64,000 nt of DNA from Bacteroidia bacterium (GTDB taxonomy: Bacteria > Bacteroidota > Bacteroidia > Palsa-965). The stretch lies in the NCBI GenBank assembly GCA_039918435.1, contig JBDSHN010000073.1, positions 14,267 to 78,266 of the forward strand. Reading direction: 5' to 3'. This document shows, in pieces, positions 37,695 to 49,700 of the stretch. A model generated the notes under the pieces. That model was given only the letters and a program-made list of their open reading frames with translations. It searched no databases and was not told where the DNA came from. How positions within the stretch are numbered: the stretch's first letter is position 1; each line of letters begins with the position of its first letter. The position numbers and the translations under genes are program-made.

Positions 37695-40600
37695 TTAATA
37701 ATTAACAGGGATCGTAACCTCAACACGTGTGCCCGTTGATCTGCCCGAGTTGTCATGCAGGTCAATTACACGCACATTCGGTTTTTCGACAGCGGGCATA
37801 CTGCCCATCAGTTCGACACGTTGCTGAGAAAGTTCCATACCCAATGATTTATGTGAAAATTTACGTTTCAGCAATTTTGCCTTTTCACGTCCGATTCCAT
37901 TGTCTTCGATACTGATATGAAGATATTCACCTGCCAAACGAATGGTAATTGTCAATACACCGTGCGACTCTTTGGGAAGGTTCATCAATCCATGCAGATT
38001 GCATTTTCAACATAGGGCTGAAACATCATAGGAGGAATAAGTACTTGCGAATCATCAATAGCAGGATCAAGCCGGAGTTTGTATGCGAATTTGCTGCTGA
38101 AGCGCAATTGTTCCAGTTCTACGTAAAGATTCAGCATGCTTAATTCCTGCTCAAGAAGAATAAGCCTTTCCTGTGCATTATTCAAAACCATCCGAATGAG
38201 CCTAGAAAATTTTGCAAGATAATTATATGCTTCCTGCGAATTATTCAGCAGCACAAAGCTTTGGATGGAATTGATCGCGTTAAAAATAAAATGCGGGTTC
38301 ATCTGCGCACGCAATGCAGTTAGTTGAAATTCAGCAAGCAATTTATTTACATGTGTTTTTTCTTCCTCTTGTGCGCGTATTTTGCGCAGACGAAGTCGGA
38401 CAAAGAACACGACTATACCGGCAACAATTATGATTTCCAGCGCAAAGAACCATCCTGTTTTCCAGAACGGGGATGGAATTTTAAAATTAAAAATGGCCGG
38501 CGCATCGCTCCGTACTTTATCATTGTTGCGCGCATACACAACGAGCTTGTATGAGCCGGGAGGAAGATTCCGGTAAACTATTTCATGCTGTCCTGTGCTT
38601 TCCCATTTTTCATCAAACCCTTCGAGGTGATACAGAAAATCCACGTCCCCTCTATAGGAAAGCGCATCAAGGAAAAAACGAAAATTATGCTGGTCGTATC
38701 GCCACGCAGGCAATGTATCGAAGCTGGAATAACGTTTATCATCCACCTGTATTCCTGAAATAAAAACAGGTGGTGCGTATGAATTCGGCTTTAGCTTTTT
38801 GATATCAACAGTGCAAACGCCCTTATTTGTGCCGAGCCATACCTTGTCGTTCAAAATGCAAATCTTCATGATCTCATCCGAAATAATTCCATTTGCAGTG
38901 TTATAAGATTCGATGCGCGATCTTTCGTACACACCGTAATTTACGATCACTTTCACCAGGCCTTTTGTAGTTCCGATCCATGCATTTCCATCTTCATCAA
39001 AATCAATTGCACGGCATGAATTTGTCGGAAGTCCATTTTCTATGGTAAGATGAATCGTCTTTTTCCTGTTCCAGATAACGATGCCATTTCCTTTTGTAAT
39101 GATCCATATTACTCCATTCTTATCTTCCTTTATTCCGAAAGGTTCCGAATAGAAGAGGCTGTCTTTTTTTCCCAGGGTAGTGAATTGATAGTTTTCATAC
39201 TGGTAAAGTCCATCCATGCAGCCCACTAAAATCTCATTTTCACGCGTACAGTATAATTCACGTCCACGTGACGGAAGTGCAATCATCCTGGTTTGATAAT
39301 GGTACGTTTTTACTTTTGAAGAATGGTCTGCGATAATAGCCGTATCGCACAGTTCACGCAGGTAAATGCTGGTAAGAACGAGTCGCCTGCCCTCTTTTGT
39401 TTCTGTTACTTTATAACCTCCTGACGGAAAAACCATTCCTGTGTTCGGGTCAGGCAGGCATTCATAATACGGAATCAATTTGTCGAGTCCCTTATTGATG
39501 ACTCCAACATGAAACGACCCGGCAACAAGAACGCCATCGGAAGTTTGATGAACATCATTTAATGTCATTGGAAAAGGGTTCGGAAAAACCTGGCTGAATG
39601 AATCTGCTTTTTCATTGTAATTAAGTATTCCATTACCGTATGTTCCAATCAAAAGCCCGTTCTGTACATGACCAAGCGCACATACACGCTGGTTCATGAG
39701 TGGCAAATTCCTGTAGTCGGTAATTGCACGTGAAGGACAATACATCACGCCTTTTTCAAGTGTCGTAAACCACAATCCTCCTTCCCTGTCAGTGCAAATT
39801 GATGAAACTGAAATGCCGGGAAAATAATGTGCCAGCGGCTTTGAAAAATCGTTGTCTTTATAACAATAAACACCATCCATAAGTACACACACCCAAACCA
39901 GGCGATCATCCCCATAATAAATACAAATTGGAGTGTCTTTAAATGTAGCAACTTCCTTATGATCCGTTCCTGTGATATAAAGAAGCTTGGTATATACATT
40001 ACAAACCAGGTCACCGCTTTTTGTCATCACTCCGCACATGGATACTGATGTTACCCGTAAAAACTCATTATACGAGGTTAAAAAAAAAATCTTCTTTGTG
40101 CCGTAATCAAGCGTGGTATGGATTGTATTACTGTTGCGCATGCCACTCATCATGTCTACAAAAAGCCAGGTGGAGTCGATCAGCTTGCCGTATAAACGAG
40201 TGGAATCTTCATCTTTATTAAACTGGTAACATTTCGTATAACCATCTTCTTTTTTTATCCAGATAAAACCGGATCCGCTGCATATCCAAAGCGTCCCTTC
40301 GTGATCTATAAAAATCTTACGTATAAGAATTTGTCCTTTTTGCAAAAGATGAAATAATGTATCGTTGGCCGGGATAGAATAAACCTTATCGTCTTTTATA
40401 TAAGATATGCTGCCCATTGCATCACACCACATGCGTCCGTCAGCATCTTCGCACAGATGAAAAACGGTATTCCCAGGTAATCCATCACTGCTTGTAAATG
40501 TTCTGAAATCACACCCGTTGTAACGGCACACACCGGCATCGGTGGCAAACCACATATAACCTTTGTGATCCTGCAGGCAATAATACACTTCGGAGCTGGG

Positions 40601-40756
40601 CAATCCATCGTCCGGTGTAATATTGGTACAGCTCAGTTGCTGGCTCTTCAACTCATTTACATAAATGAAAAACAAAAAGCACAGGAAACGGGGTAGCGAA
40701 TGCATTACTGCAAAAGTAAACAATTGGCGCCTTTTCGGATTGTGCGAAAAAGCCAA
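37695..40756 (-). pseudogene. Two-component-regulator-propeller / Y_Y_Y / LytS-type histidine kinase, interrupted by a -1 frameshift at about 37990 (HATPase_c tail sits in the separate ORF 37695..37988)
   Basis: Propeller repeats, Y_Y_Y (YRNLPPGSYKLVVYARN), TM, and H-box MNPHFIFNAINSIQSF. The frame breaks at ...QPYVENAI|CMD* and continues in the -1 frame as HGLMNLPKESHGVLTITIRL...DNGIGREKA. This could be a real mutation or a sequencing error. Intact start probably near 40702. Confidence 0.7.
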
Positions 40757-40840
40757 TTAACGGTAGTTCAAACGGGGAATACACAATTACTTTTACGCCC
40801 GATTAAGAAAATCGTTTTTTAAACTCTTCTTAAAAAAACC

Positions 40841-41308
40841 ATGGGATTATTCGGAAGGATCAAACAAATGCTGGGCATGGGCACAGTGTCTGTAAAACTC
40901 TCTTCCTCTCCTACTTTCAGCACCTCGGAGTCGGAGATTAAAAGTTCTGTTGTAATTACATGAAAAAGCGATCTGCTGATCGAATCAGTTGAAAATCGAT
41001 TTTGATGAACAGTTCAATTCCGGCAACGGAGATAATGAAACAACAAAAGAATACAAACCGGGTACCGTAAAAATGACTGGTTTTGCAATCAAAGCGGGTG
41101 AAAAAAAAGTGTATTTCACAATACCATTCAGCTATTCTAAATCGGCAAGCGAAAGCATGGCAGATAAAGGCGGTAGTATGGGTGGTATTGGAAAAATGAG
41201 CGGGTTTATGAAAGGTGAAAATCAAAATTCACATTGACTGCTAATGTAGATGTGAAAGGAGCCAACTTCGATCCGAATGATGTTATGGAAGTAAAAAAAG
41301 CCAAATAA
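40841..41308 (+). pseudogene. Decayed paralog of the Spo0M-like gene at 36334..36807 (in-frame TGA plus +1/-1 indels)
   Basis: About 75% nt identity to 36334..36807 across its whole length. TGA at about 40961 where the paralog has GGA. +1 insertion near 40990 and a compensating -1 near 41218. ORF-track piece 40989..41237 is the shifted middle section. Confidence 0.7.
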
Positions 41309-41333
41309 AAACAATTAAAACAAAAGCAAAATC

Positions 41334-41894
41334 ATGAAAAAGACCCTTCTTATCTTAAGTGCAATTGCGCTGACTCAATTTTTTGTTGCCTGCGGCGGTT
41401 CTGCTGATAAAAAAGCCGACGATTCAGGAAATGAAACCGCTGCAGACGGACATTACACCACCGCTGACTTCACCGATCTTGATCTTACACCGGGCGGCAT
41501 TAACGCAACAATGAAAGCACCTAAAGGCGCAACGATCAAAAAATCATCTGACGGAAGCATTTGCGTGCAGGCAGGAAAATATTTCCAGATGAATATCAAA
41601 GCTCTTACAGGATCAACCGCAAAAGCTTTTAATGAAATGACAAAAGAACTTGCTCTCGATAAAGAAGAGAATCCTTCTTTTGCGAAGATGGCTGCTGAAG
41701 AAACAAATGGATTTATGACAGAAAAGACGGATGGTGAATTGAGTTTTTCATGGGTGATTGCCAATGGAGAAGGATGCATTTATGCCATAAATGGAGTTCC
41801 TTATGCTGATGCTTCAGAAGGTTATACGGAGGTTCCGCCTCCAGCTGATGTAAGAGTTATGTGGGAAGCAGCTAAAACAATTAAAGTCAAATAA
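41334..41894 (+). CDS. Hypothetical lipoprotein
   Basis: Signal plus lipobox (LTQFFVAC|GG). 26 bp downstream of the Spo0M-like pseudogene. Ends at a clean terminator. Confidence 0.6.
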   Translation: MKKTLLILSAIALTQFFVACGGSADKKADDSGNETAADGHYTTADFTDLDLTPGGINATMKAPKGATIKKSSDGSICVQAGKYFQMNIKALTGSTAKAFNEMTKELALDKEENPSFAKMAAEETNGFMTEKTDGELSFSWVIANGEGCIYAINGVPYADASEGYTEVPPPADVRVMWEAAKTIKVK

Positions 41895-41913
41895 TAAGTT
41901 AACCGGAGTGTAA

Positions 41914-41951
41914 TTCCCTGCCTAGTATTCTTCATAGGCAGGGAATTTTTT
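41914..41951 (+). terminator. Rho-independent terminator
   Basis: TTCCCTGCCTAG-tattcttca-TAGGCAGGGAA followed by a T6 tract. Confidence 0.75.
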
Positions 41952-42012
41952 GTTCCGTCAAAATGTCCAATTCGGAGAGGTTGTGTAGCTTGCGGAATAA
42001 ATCTTCGCAGTT

Positions 42013-42699
42013 ATGAATCATACACAATATGTACAGCTCCTCCCCGGATTTCTTAAGCCGGAGTTGATCAACGCACTTCATCCGCTTCTTGCCAACGCAC
42101 CTTTCATCGACGGGCGCACCACCGCCACACAAGCAGCACGTGAAGTAAAACGCAACCTGCAGGTGGATACAAACGACCCTCACATTTTTCCGCAACTGCA
42201 ACAGATCATTGGCGTGGCGCTGATGAATGAACAGAAGTTCAACACCGAATTTTATGCTGCGCGCATTTACCAGATTCTTTTCAGCAAATGCGAAACAGGA
42301 ATGGGTTATGGCTGGCATGTAGATAGCCCCGTGATGGGCGTTCCTCCTACCCGCACCGATCTCGCCATGACTGTTTTTCTCAGCGATCCGTCAACGTATG
42401 AAGGCGGAGAATTAGTCATTCGCACAGAAGCCGGTGAAACAAGTTACAAACCACAGGCGGGTGATGCTGTTATTTATCCCTGCCAGTATATCCATTGTGT
42501 AAATGATGTAACAAGCGGCGTGCGGATTGCAGCAGTTACGTGGATTCAATGTTCTGTTCGTTCAGCAGAACAACGTCAGCTGCTTTCGAATCTGAAAAAA
42601 GTGCATGAACATTTGGCAGCGAAGGATGCACAATCGCCGGAAACACAATTAGCATTGCAAAACTGGAGTAACTTATTGCGGATGTGGGCGGAAGTCTGA
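42013..42699 (+). CDS. PKHD-type Fe(II)/2-oxoglutarate-dependent hydroxylase (PiuC/YbiX-like)
   Basis: Global collinearity with PiuC/YbiX: ...FYAARIYQILFSKCETGMGYGWHVDSP...FLSDPSTYEGGELVI... with HxD...H iron ligands. Confidence 0.75.
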   Translation: MNHTQYVQLLPGFLKPELINALHPLLANAPFIDGRTTATQAAREVKRNLQVDTNDPHIFPQLQQIIGVALMNEQKFNTEFYAARIYQILFSKCETGMGYGWHVDSPVMGVPPTRTDLAMTVFLSDPSTYEGGELVIRTEAGETSYKPQAGDAVIYPCQYIHCVNDVTSGVRIAAVTWIQCSVRSAEQRQLLSNLKKVHEHLAAKDAQSPETQLALQNWSNLLRMWAEV

Positions 42700-42732
42700 G
42701 AATTGGATCGTTAATTTATTGTAACTTTCATT

Positions 42733-43377
42733 ATGAGAAAATCAGTTTTCCTTCATAAATCAAACGTTTTATTTTCCCTTTTCATCTGTCTTGGTATTTC
42801 ATTTTCCTGCTTGCATAAAAAGCAGAAGTTTGTACATGGCGGTTGCTGTCTTTCGCAGGGGACACTCGTTCGTTTAGCAAATGGAAAAGATATTTTAATT
42901 GAGAATATGAAAGCGGGCGATACTGTTCTTGCGTTCAACAAAACGACAGAGCGGTTTGAGCCATCGAAGGTTTTAAAAACTTTTTCTACTGAGCATGCTG
43001 GTTTTGTAAAAATGAATTTCAACAGGTTAATGCGCAATGAAGTTGAAGTTTATCCTGCTACATCAATCATTGTTTCGCAGGATCACCCGATCTGGGTGAA
43101 AGATAAAGGCTGGTGTTCCACCCAACCTGAAATGACAATGCGAATCCTGATGATGAAGGATGTAAAAAAAATCGTTGCCGGCGATGATTGTTACACAAAC
43201 AAAGACTGGTGTAAAGATGGCCGCGCCGGAACAGCAAAACTTGCATCTGTTGAAAAACTGAGTGAAATCATGAAAGCGTATACAATTGTAAAGCTGGATA
43301 ATGGTTTGGATTGTTTTATCGCGAATGGAATTGTTGTGGGAACTGAGGCGATGTCGATGCAGGATGGTGGTGATTAA
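42733..43377 (+). CDS. Stand-alone secreted Hint (Hedgehog/intein) domain protein, bacterial intein-like (BIL) type
   Basis: Signal/lipobox-like N-terminus. Then CC|LSQGTLVRLANGKDILIENMKAGDTVLAF (Hint block A), SQDHPIWV (block B, TxxHP), and a C-terminal FIANGIVVGT (HN-type block with the Asn replaced). Confidence 0.6.
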   Translation: MRKSVFLHKSNVLFSLFICLGISFSCLHKKQKFVHGGCCLSQGTLVRLANGKDILIENMKAGDTVLAFNKTTERFEPSKVLKTFSTEHAGFVKMNFNRLMRNEVEVYPATSIIVSQDHPIWVKDKGWCSTQPEMTMRILMMKDVKKIVAGDDCYTNKDWCKDGRAGTAKLASVEKLSEIMKAYTIVKLDNGLDCFIANGIVVGTEAMSMQDGGD

Positions 43378-43796
43378 TTGATAACTGAATTGACATAAAT
43401 GAATCACGATTTAATTTAAGCGCTGAAGGAATTTCTTTGTTGGAAAAAAGACATGCTGAATACAAGACAGGTAAAAGCAAAACTTGTACTCTCAGGGAAA
43501 TCCGGAAAATGATTTACGCTAAGCACAAATAAGCATTCAAAGAAAATTTCTTCTTCGTTTTCATTGATACAGGATATCTAATTGTTGCATTTTCCTTCTG
43601 AAACAGCATTTTTTTCTTCTTTATTTCAGTGTTCTGAAAAAACGCTGCTTTGTGTGAATTCACAATATACCTTACCAATGCACTGAAAAACAAGCCCGTG
43701 CGTTTTACAGTGACCGCTTCGTACTACCTGATGCGTTACTCCGCCAAAATGAAGGAATAACCCTTGCAATAACTTTGCAACTAAATCTACTACTTC

Positions 43797-46700
43797 ATGG
43801 ACTTTATACGCAGATCTTTACTTGCTTTTTTCTTGTTGTGCGCAACGTTTACACAGGCGCAGACTTACAACATGAGCACAACAACAGTGTCCAACTGTTC
43901 CGGCACTTTTTATGATTCCGGCGGAAGCGCAGGCAATTACGGCAACAACGAAAACACCACGATGACGTTCACCTCGTCGGGCGGAACCAGGTTGAGTTTT
44001 GCGTTCAGTTTTTTGAATATCGAAACGTGCTGCGATAGATTATATATCTACGACGGGCCGACTTCATCCTATCCTGTTATCGGCGTTTACACTGCGAACC
44101 CGGGAACAATTGTTTCCACGGGAACTTCGCTTACGTTTCGATTTACTTCAAATGGAAGCGGAACAGGAACAGGCTGGGCGGCAAATATTTCATGCACTAC
44201 ACCACCGCTTACCGTTTACCCGTTAACCAGTGGAACCGTTACAGCATGCAGTGGCGCCATATATGATAATGGCGGGCCGGCAGGATATTACAGCGACGGC
44301 GCAAACATTACGCAAACATTTACCTCGGGCACAACCGATTTTCTTCAGTTCTCATTCCTTCCGCTTGGATATGCTTTTATAGCCGGCGACACCTTATTCA
44401 TTTACGACGGCGCAACAGTAAGCGCTCCTTTAATTGCGGCACACACTTTAGGATCTACAATGGAAACATTTACATCCACCGGCAACAGCGTCACGTTACG
44501 TTTCAAAAGCAATCCATCTGGTAACACTGTTGGATGGGCCGGAGAATTTCAATGCACAACTACTCCGGGCGCAGCTTTGTCTTTTGATATGAGCGGTGGT
44601 ATTCGCGGAATATGCAGCGGATCGTTTTATGATGTTGGTGGTGCAACGGGAAATTATGGCAACAGCACGTCAATTTCGCAAACATTAATGTCGACGAATG
44701 GCAACCGGATAAGCATCACGTTCAATTCCTTTTCATTGGAAACGTGTTGTGATCGCTTGTACATTTACGATGGGCCGAATACAAACTCTCCTTTGATTGG
44801 CTCCTATGCCACCAACCCCGGAACAATTACTTCGACAGGCACAGCACTCTCGTTTTACTTTTATTCCGACGCCAATAATGTTGCACCCGGATGGGCGGCA
44901 AGTGTAAATTGCACTACACCTGCACTTACAGCATATCCGCTTACCAATGGCACAATAACCGCGTGTGATGGCGTAGTATATGACAACGGAGGAGGATCGG
45001 GCAATTATGCAGATGGCGCTAATATCACACAAACATTTACCTCAGGCACTTCAGCCTTTTTACAATTCAGCTTTTTACCACTGGGAAATGCATTTTCAGC
45101 GGGAGATACGCTTTTCATTTATGATGGAGCAACGATAAGTGCACCGCTCATCGCTGCACACACGACAGCTTCGCAAATGGAAGGATTTACTTCTTCGGGC
45201 AACAGTGTTACGTTCCGTTTCAAAAGCAACGCTTCCGGAAACAATGTCGGATGGGCAGGTGAATTTCATTGTACCAGCACACCCGGCGCACCGCTTACAT
45301 TTAACATGAGCACTGGCATCCGTGGCATTTGCAGCGGAACATTATATGATGTGGGTGGCGTAAACGGCGATTATGGCAACAGCACCAACTTGTCACAAAC
45401 CTATTTATCTACAAATGGAAATCGGCTCAGTATTACGTTCAATTCATTTGCTTTGGAAACCTGTTGCGACCGTTTGTACATTTACGATGGCCCAAACATA
45501 AACTATCCGGTGATCGGAGTATATGCAACCAATCCGGGAACGATTACATCCACCGGCACTTCACTTACGTTCAAATTCACATCAGATGTTTCGAACGTTG
45601 CAGCAGGGTGGGATGCAACAATCAATTGTACAACGCCACCGTTGACTGTTTATCCACTCACAAACGGAACGGTAACAGCATGCAGCGGTGCAATTTTTGA
45701 CAATGGTGGCGCGGCAGGTTATTACACCGACAATGCTACCATTACAGAAACATTTACATCAGGTACAACTGATCATTTACAATTTTCATTCCTGCCATTG
45801 GGTAATGCATTCACTGTTGGTGATACGCTTTTCATTTACGATGGTGCAACAGTGAGCGCACCACTTATTGCAGCGCACACATTGAGCACGTTTATGGAAA
45901 CATTCACCTCGTCGGGCAATAGTGTTACGTTCTTATTTAAAAGCAATGCTTCGGGCAATACCGTTGGATGGGCCGGACAATTTCAATGCACTCCATTACC
46001 GGGCGCTCCATTATCTTTTGACATGACGACTGGAATCCGAGGCGTATGCAGCGGAACGTTGTATGATGTTGGTGGCGCAAGTGGAAATTATGGCAACAAT
46101 ACCAATATCACGCAAACTTATTTGTCCACCAATGGAAATCGTTTGAGTGTAACATTCAATTCATTCTCCGTTGAAACATGTTGCGACCGCTTATACATTT
46201 ACGATGGGCCGAATACAAATTATCCGCTCATCGGTGCCTATGCAACGAACCCGGGAACGATTACATCAACCGGTACATCACTCACTTTCCGTTTTATCTC
46301 GGATGCTGCGAATGTCGGCTCCGGATGGGATGCAAATATTTCCTGCACCACGCCGCCGCTCACAGTTTACCCGCTTACAAACGGAACAGTGACAGCATGC
46401 AGCGGTGCAATTTTTGACAATGGCGGGCCAGGAGCAAATTACACGGACAATGCAACCATCACGCAAACATTCACATCAGGTACAACTGATTTTTTGCGTT
46501 TTTCTTTTTTGAATGCAACCACCAATTTCAATTCAGGTGATACACTTTTCATTTACGACGGAGCTACAACCAGTGCGCCATTAATTGCTGCACATGTTGT
46601 TGGTACGTATATGGAAACATTTACCTCTTCGGGCAATAGCGTAACGTTGAAATTCAAAAGCAACTCATCTACTAATGCGCCGGGCTGGGCTGGGCAATTT

Positions 46701-49700
46701 CAATGTACCACAACTCCTGCTCCTCCACTTTCTTTTGACATGACTGCAGGAATTCGTGGTGTTTGCAGCGGCACTTTGTATGATGTAGGTGGTGCAAGCG
46801 GAAATTATGGCAACAGCACAAACATCACACAAACGTATTTATCTACAAATGGAAATCGTCTCAGCATTACGTTTAATTCATTTGCATTGGAAACCTGTTG
46901 CGACCGTTTATACATTTACGATGGGCCAAACACAAACTATCCGGTGATCGGTGTTTATGCAACCAATCCGGGAACGATTACATCTACCGGCACTTCACTT
47001 ACGTTCAAATTCACATCAGATGTTTCGAACGTTGCGGCAGGATGGGATGCAACAATTAATTGTACAACGCCACCGTTGACTGTTTATCCACTCACAAACG
47101 GAACCATAACAGCATGCAGCGGTGCAATATTTGATAATGGTGGCCCTGCGGGTTATTACACCGACAATGCTACCATTACAGAAACATTTACATCAGGTAC
47201 AACAGATCATTTGCAGTTTTCATTTCTCCCATTGGGTAATGCATTCACCGTTGGTGATACGCTTTTCATTTACGATGGCCCAACAGTGAGTGCACCGCTT
47301 ATTGCAGCGCACACATTGAGCACATACATGGAAACATTCACTTCCACAGGCAACAGCGTTACGTTACGTTTTAAAAGCAATGCTTCGGGCAATACCGTTG
47401 GATGGGCAGGACAATTTCAATGCACACCATTGCCGGGCGCTCCATTATCTTTTGACATGAGCACAGGTATTCGAGGCGTATGCAGCGGAACGTTCTACGA
47501 TATTGGTGGTGCAAGCGGAAATTATGGCAACAGCACGAATATTTCGCAAACGTATGTTTCGAATAATGGTGATCGTCTCAGCGTAACATTTAATACGTTC
47601 TCCATAGAAACATGCTGCGATCGTCTTTACATCTACGACGGGCCTTCTGCTGCTTATCCATTGCTGGGCGCGTATGCAACGAATCCCGGAACGATTACCT
47701 CAAGCGGCACATCACTTACCTTCCAGTTTACTTCTGACGCAGCCAACACCGGACCAGGATGGTCAGCAAACTTTGCATGCGCCGGCCCTGTACTCGATGT
47801 GTACACACCAATGTCAGGAACTGTCACAGTTTGCAGCGGCGTATTTTATGATACCGGCGGGCCAATCGGAAACTACCCGGATGGCGAAGATCGTACTGTG
47901 ACATTTACCTCTGCAAGCAATCAGTATTTACGATTTGATTTCAATGCAAATCATTTCAACATTGCCTCAGGCGATTCACTCTTCATCTACGATGGAGCAA
48001 ACACAAGCGCCCCATTATTTGCAATTTTAACGGGCAATACACAACCAGGACCGCTTACATCAAATACAAGCGTGCTTACATTCCGTTTCAAAAGCAATGC
48101 TGCAACAAACACGATCGGCTGGCAGGCATGGATCAGTTGCGTGAGTGCGCCGGATAATAATCCGGTGATAAATATGTCTGGTGGTGTACGTTATACCTGT
48201 GGCGGAACTTTTTACGATGTTGGCGGAAGCGCAGGTAACTACGCCAATAGTGAAAACCGTTCCATGACATTTGTATCCAACAGCGGCTGTGGCATTCGTT
48301 TTACATTCACTGCATTCCTGACAGAAACCTGCTGCGACAGATTATATGTGTACGACGGACCAAGCACCGCGTCAACATTGATCGGAACATATAGCGGCGC
48401 GGCGCTGCCTCCTGTTTTACAATCAAGCGGCAACGCGTTGACTTTCCGTTTCCAGAGCGACGGAGGCAACACCGGCAGCGGATGGGCAGCAACAATCAGC
48501 TGTCCGAATCAGCCACTTGCGACAATTACACCAAGTGGTCCTACAACAATTTGCGCAGGTGGCAATGTTACATTGACAGCAAGTAATAACACAAGCTATG
48601 TATGGAACACCGGCGCAACAACGCCTAATATTTCCGTAAACAGCAGCGGCGGTTATTGGGTAACCGTAACCAATGCAGGCGGATGTACCTCTACTTCCGG
48701 CATCACAAACGTTACCGTAAATCCGCTTCCCACACCAACTATTTCAGCAAGCGGTCCGACAACATTCTGCTCGGGCGGAAGTGTTACACTTACTGCGGTC
48801 GGCGGAAACACTTACCTGTGGAGCACAGGCGCAACAACGAGCAGCATTACGGTTACATCCAGTGGAAATTATAATGTAACTGCAACAAATAGTAATGGAT
48901 GTACTGCAAATGCAACACAAGTAACTGTAACGGTTAATCCACTTCCTTCAGCAAACGTTACTGTTTCTGGTCCGCTTAACTTCTGCACAGGTGGTAGTGT
49001 AACGTTTACTCTGCCCGGCGGAAATACTTATCTGTGGAGTAACGGCGCAACAACATCGGGTATTACTGCAACAACAGCAGGAAGCTACAGCGCGACTATC
49101 ACATCACCTGCAGGATGCTCTGCATTAACGAGCTCTTATAATGTTACTGTAGATACGCCACCTACTGCAGGCATTACCGCAGGCGGCCCACTCACTTTCT
49201 GCGCAGGAGGGAACGTTACGCTTAATGCATCCGGCGGAAGCAGTTATTTGTGGAGTAATGGAAATACATCTGCCGCTATAACAGTAAATTCTTCCGGTAA
49301 TTATTCAGTAACGTCGTATAGTGCGAATGGCAATTGTTCTGTCGTTTCTTCGCCGGTAACAGTAACAGTAAATCCTCTACCGACACCTGCTATAAGCGCA
49401 TCAGGTCCGCTGACTTTCTGTAATGGCGGTAATGTTACACTCACTGCATCAGGGGGAAATACTTACTTGTGGAACAATAGTGCAACAACAACTTCCATTA
49501 ACGTTACAACCAGTGGTAATTACAGTGTAACTGCTACGGGCGTTAATGGTTGTAGTGCAACAAGTACTACAGTAAGTGTGATTGTGGATCCGGCGCCAAC
49601 TGCGAATGTTACAGTCAGCGGCCCCACAAGTTTCTGCCAGGGTGGAAATGTAATACTTACAGCTTCAGGTGGAAGTTCTTACCTATGGAGCAACGGTGCA

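Noticed and set aside
37695-37988. 97-aa ORF as an independent gene
   Set aside because: - It is the HATPase_c tail (N/G boxes) of the upstream kinase, separated from it only by a -1 frameshift.
- It has no start context of its own.
40989-41237. 82-aa ORF as an independent gene
   Set aside because: - It is the middle, frame-shifted segment of the Spo0M-like pseudogene.
- It aligns codon-for-codon with 36334-36807.
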